This document shows positions 1 to 13,671 of a stretch of 64,000 nt of DNA, in pieces (within the stretch, counting starts at the first letter, position 1; each line of letters opens with the position of its first letter). Below the pieces are notes generated by a model that was given only the letters and a program-made list of their open reading frames with translations, had not been told where the DNA came from and searched no databases. Made by a program: the position numbers and the translations under genes. Origin of the DNA: Parasitella parasitica NRRL 2501 (taxonomy: Eukaryota > Fungi > Mucoromycota); contig MU619253.1 in the NCBI GenBank assembly GCA_025201805.1, positions 274,002 through 338,001 on the forward strand, in the 5' to 3' direction.

Positions 1-367
1 GTTACAGAGTACTCTGTAATATTATCAGTTTTTCAAAGGTTTTTTTTATTTTTTATTTTCTCTGCCCAGAGGAGGAATGCATTTAATAATTCCGATTGTG
101 GCAAGTATGACGCTGTGTGCTACTTTGTAGATGCTGTATTATGCGCAGGTTGATTTCGCTTGAAACATGCCGAAAATAAATGCACATAACGGTACGCCAT
201 AAATGATGGATTTTTCAAGTATCTCTTTTGATGGTAAACAGATGTGAAACATGTTTTCGTCCAACCGCAAACAAGTGAAAAGAAAATAAAATAATAATAA
301 AAAAAAAGAACCGATCAATGACACACCTTCCTTCCTTTTCTTTCTTTTGGTTCCAGTGCGATACAGA

Positions 368-988
368 ATGTCTGCCACTGTAGTAATATCAAAAGACAAC
401 CTAACATTGGATGATTTTCTCCAGCTGCAATCACTGCTGAGCTACGAACAAGGCGAATGCGATAAGCATATTGAAGCGTGTCATCAACAAATCAAAGCTC
501 ATGTCCAGCCTGTTCATCACCGTCATCCCGTCAAATTCCGTCATGCAATCAACCCGCAAGCAGCACGCAAATCCCAACTGGAAAAGCAGCGTCTTGCTCA
601 GGCTATTTCAAATCTGCAGTATCTCAAGGACCAATACAGACGTCAGCGTGCTCTTGAAATCCAAGCTTACTTGGAAGAATATCGTCGCCAAGCTCTTATC
701 CGGGCTGTCTTGCAGGAAGAGGAAGAGAGGTATTACCGTCAGTGTATTGCAGCCGCTTTAGAGCAAAGACGCGTCAATTTGCTTTGGCAAAAATTCATAA
801 ATGCCAAGAAGCAAGAATCGCTGGTACGACAAATGCAAACCCAAGAATTGGATGATAAACAGCAACCTCCAGAGCAAGAAGAGGCAATCAAAGATGATAG
901 CAGCAGCGGAAGCGGCAACATGGATGACGATGGCTACTGTGATTATCGCTCTGAGCAATTGGCGAATATATTAAAGCAAATATTTGGC

Positions 989-1059
<71 letters not shown>

Positions 1060-2134
1060 ACAGGAGCAACAACAACAACAGGAGCGAGAGGGAACTCGCA
1101 AAGAACGTGATGCTACCACCACTACCACCATTGCGGATGCTGACAATGACACGGATAATGCCATGGCAGAGGTTTGGAAATATCTCAGCGACCAAAAAGC
1201 TGATACCGAGACGCCTAGAACCGCATTTTTGTCCTCGGAGCATGATCGGGTATTAGGTGCCGGAGAAGAAGAGGAAATTCCAGAATCTGACCAGCAGCAG
1301 GAGGCAGAATCTATCAGCAGCAGCCCTGCATCTTCGCCAGATAATGATCGAATCAAAGCATTGCCTCCTCTACAAGATCACGTGGTGACATTGCAAGACT
1401 TGATACAGAAACTTGCTGCAGAGCCGGTGCTCGTAGATGAACAATACCATCAGTACGACGGTGCTCCTGAGCAGGCCTACGCTGCGAACGAACCTCTGCA
1501 AGAAGGCTTTCCCGCCAACGAAGCTGCTGAAATCACGGATGCTGAAATCGGACAAGACAGACAAGCAAAGGAGAAAAAACCGTTCTTACCTCAGCATATT
1601 TTTACAGACGCAGAGCCTACACCCACACTCGAGAACATGCCAAATACACCGCTGGATAACGCATCGATCAAAGAGGACTCGCATTTTGCAGATTCTATCG
1701 CAGCTGAGCAGCAAAACCACGAAATGCCTGCAGATCCACGCAAGGAGAAGGCGAACGAGCTATTAGATCATATCTCTGACCAATTGTCTGATAACAGCGA
1801 GCTCGTCGAACGTTGGAGACAAGTGCTGTTACACGCAAATCAACTCTGTTTTAGTAAACAGCAGGAGGGTACATTATTGTTGACTGCATCTACAGATACC
1901 AATCGTCAATTTTTGGGCTCTGAGGATGAAATTATGAGAGTTATGCTCAAATTGGACTCTGTTGATTCCTTTGGGGACGACAACATTCGCCAAAAGCGAA
2001 AGAGTCTGGTAAAGAAATGCGAGCACATGCTCGAGGAGCTGGATCAAGTCAAGAAGTCTCAATGGGAAAAAGCTGTTTCCTCCAATAAGCAGGGCCATCA
2101 CCGTCGTCGCCGCCGTAATAAAAAGCACAACTAA
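368..2134 (+). CDS. BAG-domain co-chaperone-like protein with poly-Q tract
   Basis: Single long ORF (first ATG at 368); C-terminal FLGSEDEIMRVMLKLDSVDSFGDDNIRQKRKSLVKKCEHMLEELD fits a BAG domain; N-terminal coiled coil. Confidence 0.75.
989..1082 (+). repeat. CAG/CAA trinucleotide repeat (poly-Q)
   Basis: About 30 consecutive CAG/CAA codons with one GAG interruption. Confidence 0.95.
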
Positions 2135-2288
2135 TAGTAAAAAGAGAGGGTATATTTTGCGAAATGTTGTGTCGATTTATAATCTCGGTTTTCTCTTAAT
2201 TTCCAAATATATTTAACAAACAAAAAAACAAAAAAAAAAAAATTGTTCAAATTTTTTTTTGCTTTCCCTTTTCTTCATTTGCAAACAT

Positions 2289-3196
2289 ATGCCTGTTGTC
2301 AAAAACCTGCCATACATCTTGTCTCATTTTCTGGGTTACAGAAAGCCTGATTATGTTCCAAAAAAGCTGCCTGTTTGGAGGATATATCTCTGGGGTTTCA
2401 TTGCCTCTTGGCTGGGCATTGCAGTAGTAGAAATAATATTTGCGTATGGGCCGTCATTTCAATCGCATCACACACCCATGATTGTAGCATCTTTTGTAAG
2501 CATAATATTTGTTCTTGCACTGTGTCATGTAGACTAACCTCAAATTAGGGCGCATCAGCAGTTTTGGTGTATGGAGTTATAGAGTCTCCCTTGGCCCAAC
2601 CTCGCAATATTATAGGTGGCCAAATAATTGGTGCTGTGGTGGGGGTTGTCATTTCGCAGTTGTTTTTAGGTATTCAGCAAAACTGGGCATCGGAAGGCCA
2701 GTACATTGCAGTACAATGGGTTGGTGGCGCTACGGCAATGGCCTTTTCGTTAGTCATTATGCAAATAACAAAGTGTGTCCATCCTCCTGGCGGTGCCTCT
2801 GCTTTGATTCCAGTTGTAACAACAGCCATCCTTGATATCAAGTGGTTTTACATTGGGGTAGTAGCATTGTCTGCCGTAATCCAGGTTGCCGTTGCATGTT
2901 TGGTTAACAATATAGAGCGAAGATACCCTGTGTATTGGTGGGCTCCTAATGAAGCTCCAATAAAGTTCAATCCAACTGAACTCGCAGCAGTTTTGTCCGT
3001 ACCACACTCGACACATGGACCAGAAGATATTGTCGCTGACAATTTGACAGTAGCAGAAGAGAGCAGAATACATCCATCAAAAGATAATGATAACACCAAA
3101 ATTGTACAAAAACGCCCTAATGGAGCTACCTCGTCGTCTTCCTCTTCTTCTGTCACAGCAATCGACAGGCAGAACATGATAAAGCAACCCATTTAA
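2289..3196 (+). CDS. HPP family transmembrane protein (intron 2496-2548)
   Basis: Splicing GTAAG..TTAG gives SFGASAVLVYG..SPLAQPRN; HPPGGA motif. Confidence 0.9.
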
Positions 3197-3365
3197 ACAT
3201 ACCTAAAAATCCAGATGCAAAATATAACCTATGTACGCCTAATTCCTTGATCCATTTCGCAGGAATTTTACTATCAGAAGAGGAGAAATCATCGCTGGAA
3301 ACTTTGATCTAAAAATTAAGCTCCCAATACTTGATAACATTTTTTTTAAAAAAAAAAGAAGACAT

Positions 3366-4009
3366 TTATTTGTTTTCACCCTGTAGAGTAACTACTACAC
3401 GACGTGAGCCACCCGAGTTACGATGTTCACACAAATAAATCCTACATACTGCAAGTTATTTACACAGATCATGGTATGCATGCACATAGATATACTTGCC
3501 CCTGCCAGGTGCCTAAATTCAGTTTACCATTGGTGATTGGAATATTTAAAGACACACCAACAATTCCAGATTTCAGATGGCCAGGCTGTTATACTTGATG
3601 GGTATTGAAATATGATATTGACTGGATTGACTTACCATATCATCAGGACCTTCTGCGGTATGAACATAGGGAAATGATTCTGGCACAATCTTATTCAAGC
3701 CCATCTCCATGTCTTTTTGAACATCAGAATCGTAATTTTCATTGATCATCAAAGATGCAGAAGTGTGCTGTACTATTAAGAACAGTCAGAATTTTGAGAT
3801 TCATCAATTGTATCATATTTGACAGCTTACAAAAGACATTGGCCATTCCCACCTTAAAGTTTTTCAACTCGGACAATTGACCGACAATCTCCTTGTGGAC
3901 CAAATGACAACCTTTGCCATGTTAGTTGCTAGCCAACAGACATTCTACCGCACATTTATATACCTCTTTTGCGTTCGTTTAGTCGAATTTCTTTCTGAAT
4001 CCAAGGCAT
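3366..4009 (-). CDS. UPF0047/YjbQ family protein (5 exons; absent from ORF track)
   Basis: Manual splice: [95 protein letters not shown]. Confidence 0.92.
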
Positions 4010-4299
4010 AGTTAATGTAAGAAGTGTGTGTGTGTGTGTTTTTTTTTTATCAAAGAAAAGAAGCAAGTTTTGAGTCACGTACCATGAACGTCATTTTTAT
4101 ACGATTTCCTGGGTTCTTGTTGCTATTCCCTTGGCGAGATTCCTTTCCAGGCAAATTTGCACTTTCTGAGATCTTCAACGTTACCTCAAGTCCAAAAATG
4201 TCATATTATCATACGGGAAAGAAATTTCCCGTAAAATAAGTTAATAAATTGTCGAGTTGGGAGATATAGCTCTTCCTCTTTCCGTTGTTTTTCATCATT

Positions 4300-5602
4300 A
4301 TGTCTTGTTCATACAGGTTTATAAATTCATCTTTATCTCAATTACCCAATGATAGGTTGGTAACTCATGTTGACATCATGTTCACATCATTCAGATATCT
4401 TCTAACATATACGGACTCTCAGGGACCATGATATAATACTAAGACAACAGCCAACAAGAGCCAAAATTAGTGTACCAAATGAACGAGAGAAAAGGTCAAT
4501 AGAGCCTCCGCCCATATTGCAAATGAAGTGGATCAATGTTTCGAGCGACGAGAAAAAGTAAAAAAAAAAAAAAAAGAAAAGTCTTCAAGACATCCTCAAA
4601 CTCAAGTAATGATTAATAGCCTTCTGTGAAATAGACAAGCGTTACAAAGCCCTTTTTACTTTGCAATAGTGAACATTGTGCATGCTGAAACACCAGACAC
4701 AACATGTCCATTACCAACAAGAGAATATCTATCAGGTGCCACCGTATCCTCACTTTGTAGACTAAAAGATGTCGACAATACAGACGGCGGATTTTTTGTA
4801 TTTGGCGATTTAGCAGTGAAAAAACCAGGCCTCTTTCGACTCTACTTTAGCCTCTTTGAAATGATAGAGTATACATGTTTGCGATTATTATGTGTAACTT
4901 GTTTTACTAAATTAACCCTTTTAAAAATATACTCGACTAGTGGCAGAGTCAAAAATCGCAAAAATACTTTATCCAACGCATTTATGGTTTACACAACCAA
5001 ACAATACCCAGGTCCCATTGAATCTACCTTCTTGTCGCGCACATTTTCGGACCAAGGTGTCAAAATTCGAGTGAGAAAGTCTCATCAGATGAGCTCCACC
5101 GCCACCTCCTCCTACAAAAAGAAAAGGTAATCATTTTGTATTTGTGCATTATATCTAAATAGAGTAAAAATTCGAATCCATGGTTTGTAGTAGGACCAAC
5201 TTTGCTGTAGCACGAAAAAACCGAAAATGCCATAGTATTTGCCATCCATATCCAACGAAGGAAGTTTTGCCTCCACCTTCATACGCTTCTGAAAGCATTG
5301 TACATTTTGGTAGATGGCATTCGTCAAAGCCTAACAACAACGGAAACAACAGAAACAGTGCGGACATAACTGACTCTGGTAATATTGTGTCTTTCTCACC
5401 GTCAATGGCCTCTTCTCCTACGCTGTCTACTTGCTCATCATCAAACAGTGTTTATTTACCACCAATCACTCAACTTCCTTGTAATATAGAAAACACATCA
5501 CATTCGTTTTATCGGTTACCTCCCTTGCGCGAAATCCTGTATAGTAAGCATTCGAGCGAAACGTACAATTCTTTGCCGATTGATGCTTCATTCTTTAAAT
5601 AA
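4300..5602 (+). CDS. Velvet-domain transcription regulator (multi-exon)
   Basis: IILRQQPTRAK, RSIEPPPILQ, LSGATVSSL, LKDVDNTDGGFFVFGDLAVKKPGLFRLYFSLFE, ESTFLSRTFSDQGVKIRVRK; the start codon at 4300 is inferred from splice sites. Confidence 0.88.
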
Positions 5603-6212
5603 AATTAAAAAGGAATATACACTCTTTGTTGACTTTAGGAATCTGCCCATTCAAATGACCTTGATCAGCAAATGTCAACATCTGTTGCAATCCTCAATTC
5701 TCTTGAGACTTATTATTGAACCTTTGTATTCTTTTCTAGTAAACTACTATATAGTACAATTAACCCGCGTTTAGTCTGAAGATTTTAGACTGATGAATAC
5801 GCGGTTCATTAAGGGAATCACATTGATATGAAGCCCATATCGGCACGAAACATTTTGCTGTGTTTATCAGTATTTCATCAATAAACCCATTATAATTTAA
5901 TCAGCTTCATGAATCAGAGCAGGTTTATTTGAAAGAAAAAAAAAACCAATAGATTGTCTGATCAAATCTATATTTGTACGCACTTTTCTCTAAATGATCT
6001 TTTTACGCTGAATCTACAATAGAATCAAGTTTAAAGAGTCTATGTCCATGTTCATTGATTAGTAGCAGCCATTACGGAGGGAATTGATTGGTTTACGTGT
6101 TCAAATGTGACCATAAATGAGTTGATGCTTTCGGCATCAAATATTGGTTTTCTTCCACTCACTCGCTCGTAGCCGTTTGTAGACATACTATCAGTAGCGA
6201 TAGCAATAAATC

Positions 6213-7575
6213 ATGGAAGACATTATAGATAAAGAAATAACAGTGCACGTTCGGTCTCCATCCCTCAACGAGACGCTACAAGTAAAGACCACCTTGAATG
6301 CAACAGTGTTAACTCTAAAGAGCTCTATCGAACCTGTACATCCTCATCATCCAAAACCAGCTAACCAGCGAATTATTTACAGTGGAAAGTTACTAGAGGA
6401 TACTGATATGTTGGTAAATTTGTTGAAAAAGAATGACCAACAAGTTATTCCCACTTTTCATCTCGTTGTTAAACCCTCGCCCGACGCTTCCGCTTCCCGT
6501 ACTCAAACGCCTCTGCCAACTATCACCCCTCCTCCTTGCCCGCAACAGCCTCAACATTCGAATCCATTTTCATTTAGTGGAATTCCTCACAACACAGGTT
6601 TTACTATGCCGCAGCATCAGTATCAGCAGCAACCACAACCAGCGTATCCTTCCTCGTTACCAGGAGGGTATCAAATCGTATACATAAAGTACGTACACTT
6701 TCTGCATTTGCATAACTTACTAAAATCCTTGCTATAGTGGTCAGTATTATCTTGCGCCAACACTCGTCTTGTCTCAAAATCTACCCCCTCAACAATCAGC
6801 AAATACCCAGATGTTTCCAACAGCCCAACATTCATTGTATCAACAGCCACCTGCTGCATTTGCCTCTCACCAACCACCCACTCAGCAGCAACAGCAGCAA
6901 CAGCAGCAAGAACCTATCGTACAGCCTTATATTAATCAACTTGCCCAACCACAACAGCATCAGCAACAGCAACAGCAAAATAACCCGATTTTTGGAGCAA
7001 ATGGGCCTATACTTGCCCAGCCAGCCAATGCTCAGCGTGCGGCATCCATTTGGCTTGCTTTAAAACTCATTGTTGTCTTGTTCATGCTGTGTCAAGGCGC
7101 TAGTATTGAGCGTATCTTTATTTTCCACGTAATTGCGTTTGTATTCTTCTTTTACCAAACAGGGAGATTGAGATTTGTATTGCGTCGGGTTCGAGTTGAA
7201 GATTTAAACAGATTCAGGCCTGGTAATGATGGGGGATTGCAGAGGCCTGCTCCTCCCCCCGCGGCATCTAATCCTACTCCCAACGTGAATGGCAATCCCA
7301 GTGCAGAAGGCGCTTCTACGTCTGTTGCTAGCGATAATAGCAATTTGACCCAAAGAAGACAAGATAGCGGTGAAGCATCTGCGTCTGGTGAGAATGCCAC
7401 TTTTGCTTCTAATCATGCTGCTGCCAATGAACCAGCTAGGCTCATTACGGCTTTGGACGTCTGGAAAAGAGGGGTTTACACTTTTTTTGCGTCTTTGTGG
7501 CCTACTTATGGCGTTGATTCTCAAATCGCTCAAGCGTTTCAAAACGACAATAACAACAATAACCAAGAGCAATGA
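6213..7575 (+). CDS. N-terminal ubiquitin-like domain membrane protein (HERP/Usa1-like ERAD factor), intron ~6689-6737
   Basis: UBL motif HPKPANQRIIYSGKLLED..TFHLVV; Q/P-rich linker; two TM helices; C-terminal FFASLWP. Confidence 0.7.
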
Positions 7576-7866
7576 GATTTAACACTATTTGGCAAGCTGT
7601 TTTTTTTAAAAAATAAAATAAAATAAAAACAAACCTATCGGCGGTGGTGCTTTCTTTGACGCCATTGCTAGGCTTTGACATGCAACTTGACAGTTTTCAT
7701 CATGTACTGTATTTAGTCATTCAACTTGTAGTGGTGGTTTTCATCATTCGATGTCATCAAAAAAGAAAAAAGAAAAAAAAAAAAAAGAAAAAAAAAACAG
7801 AGTCAAAATGAATGACATGCAAGATCATTTTCCTTCTTTCTCTCCTTCGCAAATATAATACACACT

Positions 7867-8298
7867 ATGGATGTCCAAATAAAACCAAACGACAGGCTTA
7901 TACAAGAAGAACTCCTGCAGCCAAAAAGAAGTCCAATACCAGAGTCTATTAAAAAGAAGCGCAAATTGGAGGAACTGCAACGCCTCAACAATGATCAACT
8001 CTCATTTTCAGACAATGACTTTTCTGATGCTGATTCCGGCCTGATGCCCAACGACACCAACACAGCAAAGCTTAAAAAGATGCACCGCAAGAAGAACAAA
8101 GCAGTATCAGCGGAAAAAGAGATGTGCATGTCAGATCGATGCAAATTAGCGAAAGCACAGCTCCTCTACATCACAAGAGAGAATGAAATGTTATGCGACG
8201 AATGGTCGTCAACAGAAAAGGTCCTGAAAAAGCTGAAAACCGAGAGGAAAGTATTGTTAGACGCTCTGGTTAAGAAGAGATACAGGGATGCTGAATAA
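7867..8298 (+). CDS. Small nuclear coiled-coil protein, INO80E/Iec3-like
   Basis: Basic NLS-like patches; C-terminal ENEMLCDE..KLKTERKVLLDAL resembles the INO80E coiled-coil. Confidence 0.45.
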   Translation: MDVQIKPNDRLIQEELLQPKRSPIPESIKKKRKLEELQRLNNDQLSFSDNDFSDADSGLMPNDTNTAKLKKMHRKKNKAVSAEKEMCMSDRCKLAKAQLLYITRENEMLCDEWSSTEKVLKKLKTERKVLLDALVKKRYRDAE

Positions 8299-8387
8299 AG
8301 ATAACTTTCTTGTTTCCATTACAATTACAAGATGATTTTTATGTGCATGTGTATGTACCTTGATTCTATATATTAACATGTATGAAT

Positions 8388-9582
8388 TTATGCGGATTCT
8401 TCGTTGTGGAATTCTTTGGCAAACGTTTCAGCAACAATCAATGGGAACACGAGCGTAGCATCAGCATAAACCTTGCAAGATCTGCTATCAGCACGGATTT
8501 TCCCCCAAGATACAGCTTCATCAGGGCGAGCGCCTGCATCGCTACCATCAAACTCCTGCCCAGTGTTGATATAGACAGCATAGTCAGCCCCGTTTCTCAT
8601 TAAATTGGCGTTGCAAATATGATGCTTGATAACACCACCACCCAAAATAATCATTCCAGTCTTCTTGGCAAATACAGCTTGATTGTTCATGGCACGGATG
8701 TCAGCGGCAATGTCGATGACGAGTCCAGGGTTTCTGTAGGAATGGAAATAGATCATATCGCCCAAAGAACCATCAGTAATGGCAGGGGAAAAAACGGGAA
8801 TCTTGTTTTTGGAAGTCCAATAGTAAATGCTCGATTCGTCGTTAATTTCATTACCAAGACGTTCGATCAAAGTGGAAGGTGTCCAAACGATTCCTTGACT
8901 TTTTTGCTCTTCCAGCATTTTGTCAAAAATAGGGATGACCCAATCCTCAAATTTACAATAGTTGTTGTTGGGCACCAGCAGATTGCCAATTCGATTCAAA
9001 CCCTTTTTACGAAGATCGCTGCCCTTTAATGCAAATTCGCCGAGATAAGTAGGAGCAAGACATTTGATGAAATCTTCCTCTACGCCGCCCGCAGACGCTA
9101 CAATGACATCTACCATTTTGTGCTGGACTAAAAACCGAATAATCTCTCGCAAACCTGAAGACACTAAATTGGATGTGTAGCCCAAAAAGATTTTGCATTT
9201 CGTCTTTTTGCGAACTTCAGGATCGAGGTATTCTACATTTTCGTCAGGAGCAGCAGCCTCATCAGAAAGGCGCCATTTTCTCTATATAATGTTGTTAATA
9301 ATCCATAGTATTTTNNNNNNNNNNNNNNNNNNNNNNNNNNNNNNCAGTATTGATACTTGTTGATGCTACCATTTCCTTGATGATTTCCATAGCCTCGCCG
9401 AGACTGCTGCCTTGATAACCGATTTGTTTGTAAGATCCTAATAACTGGGAGAGTGTCAATTTCTTGTTGAAATCTGGGCCTTGAATAAGGACAGAGCCTG
9501 TAGGCATTTCAACAGATTCAACAAAAACTGCATTCAACGCAGCAGTAGGTTGTGCTGCAGTGTTATTTTCGCTACTTGACAT
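8388..9582 (-). CDS. DYS1: Deoxyhypusine synthase (one intron containing an N gap)
   Basis: [44 protein letters not shown]. Confidence 0.97.
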
Positions 9583-10734
9583 GTTGATTTAATAAGTATG
9601 TAGAAGAACAGCTGTTGCAACTAAAAGTTTTTTTCTGGATTTCGATGGAAGATGCGTCGCAAAGAGTCACAGCTCTTAACAAATTGCCAACAGCTACAGT
9701 GAATCTTGGTACCGTAATTGATGTAGGCACTTGACCATACAATAGGAATTCCAGTGACATACATCTATGATTGTATACTCTAAAGAAGGCCTTCTAGTTT
9801 TATGTGATTCTGGATTTTACCTAATTGTTATCAAGACTTTTTTTCAAGCCAAATTACTTGTGATTTCTCTGCGTCAATGTCGGCTTAATGTAACAGACGT
9901 CGGGCGGAAACCATCAGTGTGTTTTTTTTATTTTATTTTATTTTATAGCGCTACGAATCTGTATGATTTAAAATCATTAAATGAAAATGATAATTCAGTC
10001 TGACGGAATCTAATATTCCAAATGTTGGCAACTTGTTTGTACTCAAATATCTACTTGAGTGCTTTATTTCGTAGTATTATTTGATGTTTTCCTCTGATCT
10101 CCAAAATCTGTAACGGAAGGTGTACTTGGCCCAAATTTTTTGAGGTGTTAAAGTCTATACAAATCAAGCAGTAGTAATTATCAACCAGATAAGTTAAGCT
10201 TGAAGTTGATATACACTAGCTGCAATGCTTTTAGTGAGCCTTCCCCACCCCCCTCCTCTCCCCTACACACATCAAGAGTGGAATGCGATCAAAATTATGT
10301 TATATTCAAGTGATTCTAGGTTTCGAAGCGGAATTAAAAGAAGTGAATTTCTAGCAGCATCTCAATGCTACAAACCGATATCTACACACCTTCTTTTACT
10401 GAAAAGATGTGTATGAATGCTGCTCTACCTGTTCTTCGTAGCATGAGCTTAATGTATAACGAAACATTAAGGGAGATCTTTGATCTTGAACATCCTTACG
10501 TGACGTTTTCACGGACATGAATTGTTGACGTCAACGAACACACAGGTGTAAAAGGCTTTTCTCTGTTAGACTTTTGCTGTTTCTTCTTCTTCACACCAAT
10601 ATAAAAAACTTTTCCCCTTTTTTAACAAAGTACGAAAGAGTTAGTAGTGATATTTTTAAACTGATAGTTGCCGTATGCAGGGGCATTTGTATTAACAATA
10701 TGATTTATTTTATTAGATACATACACAATAGAAA

Positions 10735-11644
10735 ATGAGTGAATACTGGTAAGTTCTCTCTTTGGTAATCATGAAAACATACATTTCTCAATATTTTACT
10801 GCATCATTCTAGTCCTGTTTATGCACCCTTCTTTGGTACCATGGGTTGTGCTGCTGCCATCGTCTTCAGTTGTAAGTAAATCTTTTTCTTGAAGCATAAT
10901 AAAACGAGGCAAAAAAAGTCGCGCTTTGTTCCCTCGGTGCCTTTCTCGTTTTAGATGTGTTTTTTTTTTATTTTGTTACACGATTATTCTAACCGTTCTG
11001 TTTGAATGTTTGAAGGCCTCGGTGCTGCTTATGGTACTGCCAAGTCTGGTGTTGGACTTTCCGCTATGGGTGTCTTGCGTCCTGATTTAGTTTTGAAGTG
11101 TATTGTTCCTGTCGTCATGGCTGGTATTTTGGGTATTTATGGTGTCGTTGTATCTGTACTTTTATCTGGTGGTCGTAAGTATCATATTCCTTAGATGTTT
11201 CAAGTTTTGATTTAGCGCGTTTCCAAGTATTTTCTTTTTGGGTGTACTGAATCATTTTGTATCGTCATATAGTTGCCATGAAGCAAACTCTCTTCAGTGG
11301 CTTCATCCAAATGGCTGCCGGTCTCTCTGTCGGTCTCTCATGCCTTGCTGGTAAGTTACGATGTCGTACCTGACTTATGTTTATCGTAAACTTATGTCTT
11401 CTGAATAGCTGGTATTGCCATCGGTATTACTGGTGATGCTGGTGTCCGTGCTACTGCTCAACAACCCAGAATGTTTGTTGGCATGGTAAGTGCCTGGAGT
11501 TGTTGTTTATCAACATTATCATTTGCTGACTATCTTTGATAGATTTTGATTTTGATTTTCGCTGAAGTCTTGGGTCTTTATGGTCTTATTGTTGCTTTGA
11601 TTCTTAACACTAAGGCTTCTGGTCAAGAGAATGTCTGTAACTAA
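10735..11644 (+). CDS. VMA3: V-type ATPase 16-kDa proteolipid subunit c (6 exons)
   Basis: [13 protein letters not shown].., [39 protein letters not shown]. Confidence 0.97.
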
Positions 11645-13003
11645 GTTTCAAAAATCGAGATTGAAAAAAGTAAAATAACAAGCAAAGAGAATCGAAGAAA
11701 AAAAAAGAAATGGAATTCTTTATTCCCCTTTTCTTTATTATTTTAACTAATATCATATAGTTTATTCCTCACTCCCTTCATCTCCATAAATCGATTAAAC
11801 CTTTAAAAAAACTAAAGAGATTAGTAAATCATTGCCTTGTGTTTATGCTATGAGCCATGCGTACGTATATCGCTAGCTGGTATACCTCATTCGTTTGAAT
11901 TTGCTCAGTTCTTGTCAACTCGAAGTGTTTGTTTGCATTATACGGTATTGAATTGCATGACAAGTAACAAAAATCAACTGTTGGCACGTAATTCTATTTG
12001 ATGCGATATTACTATTAAAATTCTTTTTTATCTAAGTGAAATAGAAGTGGTAATCTTCGTTAATTCTGCTTTATTGACACAAGCAAGGTTACCTAACAGA
12101 TAATCCACTAACTATCGGTCAGTTTGTAGTATGAATATTTGTTGGAGTTTCTTTACTCACAGCAGGAAACCCTTTTTTTGTGTTAGACTTTTGATGTATG
12201 TAGTCAAATTATACAAATTTAATTGGCCAGAGCCACCACCACCCCCCTTTTTTTTTGGCCCATTATCAGGTTGAATGAATAGATTGGCCTCTACTGCAGA
12301 CAAGTGGGTAGGATGGTCCTACTCAAGACAAGTGGGTAGCATATACTGCGTGTATAATTCGTTCTTTTTTTTAGGCTTTCAATTGCATTTTGTGCTGGAG
12401 CGTGTAGCTACAGAGCACTGCATTATATTCGATGGTTGTTGGAAACTGCTAATAATGTGTTGTGATTTTCAAGCCCATTGTATTAAAAAAGTTACATCGT
12501 TGCAACAGCTGTGATATTTTGAAGCCATATTAGCATGTGTTTATGCGACAAAGAAAAGATTTCCTCCTAGTTTTGTTGCATCATATAGACTGACGTTCGA
12601 TAGCGTCAATACCCTTACTTATTTAAGTACGCATCACATTTTAACTAGTGCTCGTTCTTTAAACAAAAGACTATTACAATTGTAATAAGTTTACTATATC
12701 GTTGTCCCTACTTAACTGTCTTAAATCGCTGTCTATCCTGATATAAATGTTCTTGCATCAAAATCTTTGCAGATAAACAAATGTTTAAATAAATACGTAA
12801 ACTGGGTGGCATACATACAAAAGCACTACTTTTTGATTTGTTACAGAGCAGTTTCGTACACTTCTAATTGCAGCGTAGAGTCGTATACGCACATCTTGTG
12901 ATGAACACCAATCGATTTTTAAGCTAACGTGGTGAGTCTGATTGACAGTATATAACATGACTAGAATTAATTTGCTTGGGCTCTTTATCAGAAGCTATTT
13001 AAA

Positions 13004-13028
13004 CTTGCTTTAAAAGGTCGTATAAATG
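13004..13028 (+). promoter_or_regulatory. TATA-box core promoter of paralogue 1
   Basis: cttgctttaaaaggtcgTATAAAtg, 45 nt before ATG; 21/25 identical to the motif at 15885-15909. Confidence 0.6.
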
Positions 13029-13065
13029 GAGCAACTATTTCTATCGTCTACCAACTGTACAAAGA

Positions 13066-13671
13066 ATGAATTTTTTTAATCCTTTATCATTTACTATGAA
13101 AGATAAGTGTGTTACACGTGCTTACTTCCCTGCAGAAAATCCGTATTCCGTTGTCATTGCAAAATCTGAATTCTCAGGTCTTATCCCCACACACGGTGCT
13201 CCCTCTAGTCTTCTTCTGATTCTTCGTGAACAGTTTCCAAAAGGTACCGCTAAAATCAATCGCTCTGCACCGCAAGGCTGTAACAACTCTCAATCCTATG
13301 AAGATTACATTGAGGTTACTTTTAAAGACGAATTTTCACGACAAATTGCTCTGATGACGCCTTTCCAGCTTCAAGGTCGATGGATTAAAGTACACAGGAC
13401 TATAAATGTGTCAAAAGGTGACCTTTACCAGGTTTTTGTTAGTGGTATTCAACTATTAGATAATCCTTCTACATACTGGCAAGACGTTTTCGTGCACTTA
13501 GAGAAATTTGGCACTGTTGACTCGCTTCATCTTCACAGTACAGACAAGGGGGTTAGCCGCCACAATGGTGATGGATGTGCTATGCTGTTTACTCTGCCTG
13601 ACCGTATAAAAGATATATCTAATCACCCTATACTCAAAATATCTTACAGGAACCACCCTCTAAGTAGCTGA
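13066..13671 (+). CDS. Intronless tandem RRM-like protein, LINE ORF1p-derived family, paralogue 1
   Basis: 201 aa intact ORF; shares LREQFP, YIEVTF, LEKFGTVDSLHLH, GDGCAM, NHPILKIS with the next two ORFs. Confidence 0.7.
   Translation: MNFFNPLSFTMKDKCVTRAYFPAENPYSVVIAKSEFSGLIPTHGAPSSLLLILREQFPKGTAKINRSAPQGCNNSQSYEDYIEVTFKDEFSRQIALMTPFQLQGRWIKVHRTINVSKGDLYQVFVSGIQLLDNPSTYWQDVFVHLEKFGTVDSLHLHSTDKGVSRHNGDGCAMLFTLPDRIKDISNHPILKISYRNHPLSS

Noticed and set aside
943-1356. Poly-Cys/poly-Leu ORFs on the opposite strand (also at 28489-29045)
   Set aside because: Shadow frames of CAG/CAA poly-Q tracts in real genes
5761-5810. Small intergenic hairpin with a TGATGA (box C-like) motif
   Set aside because: No convincing box D/terminal stem or rRNA-antisense element recognisable; insufficient for an snoRNA call
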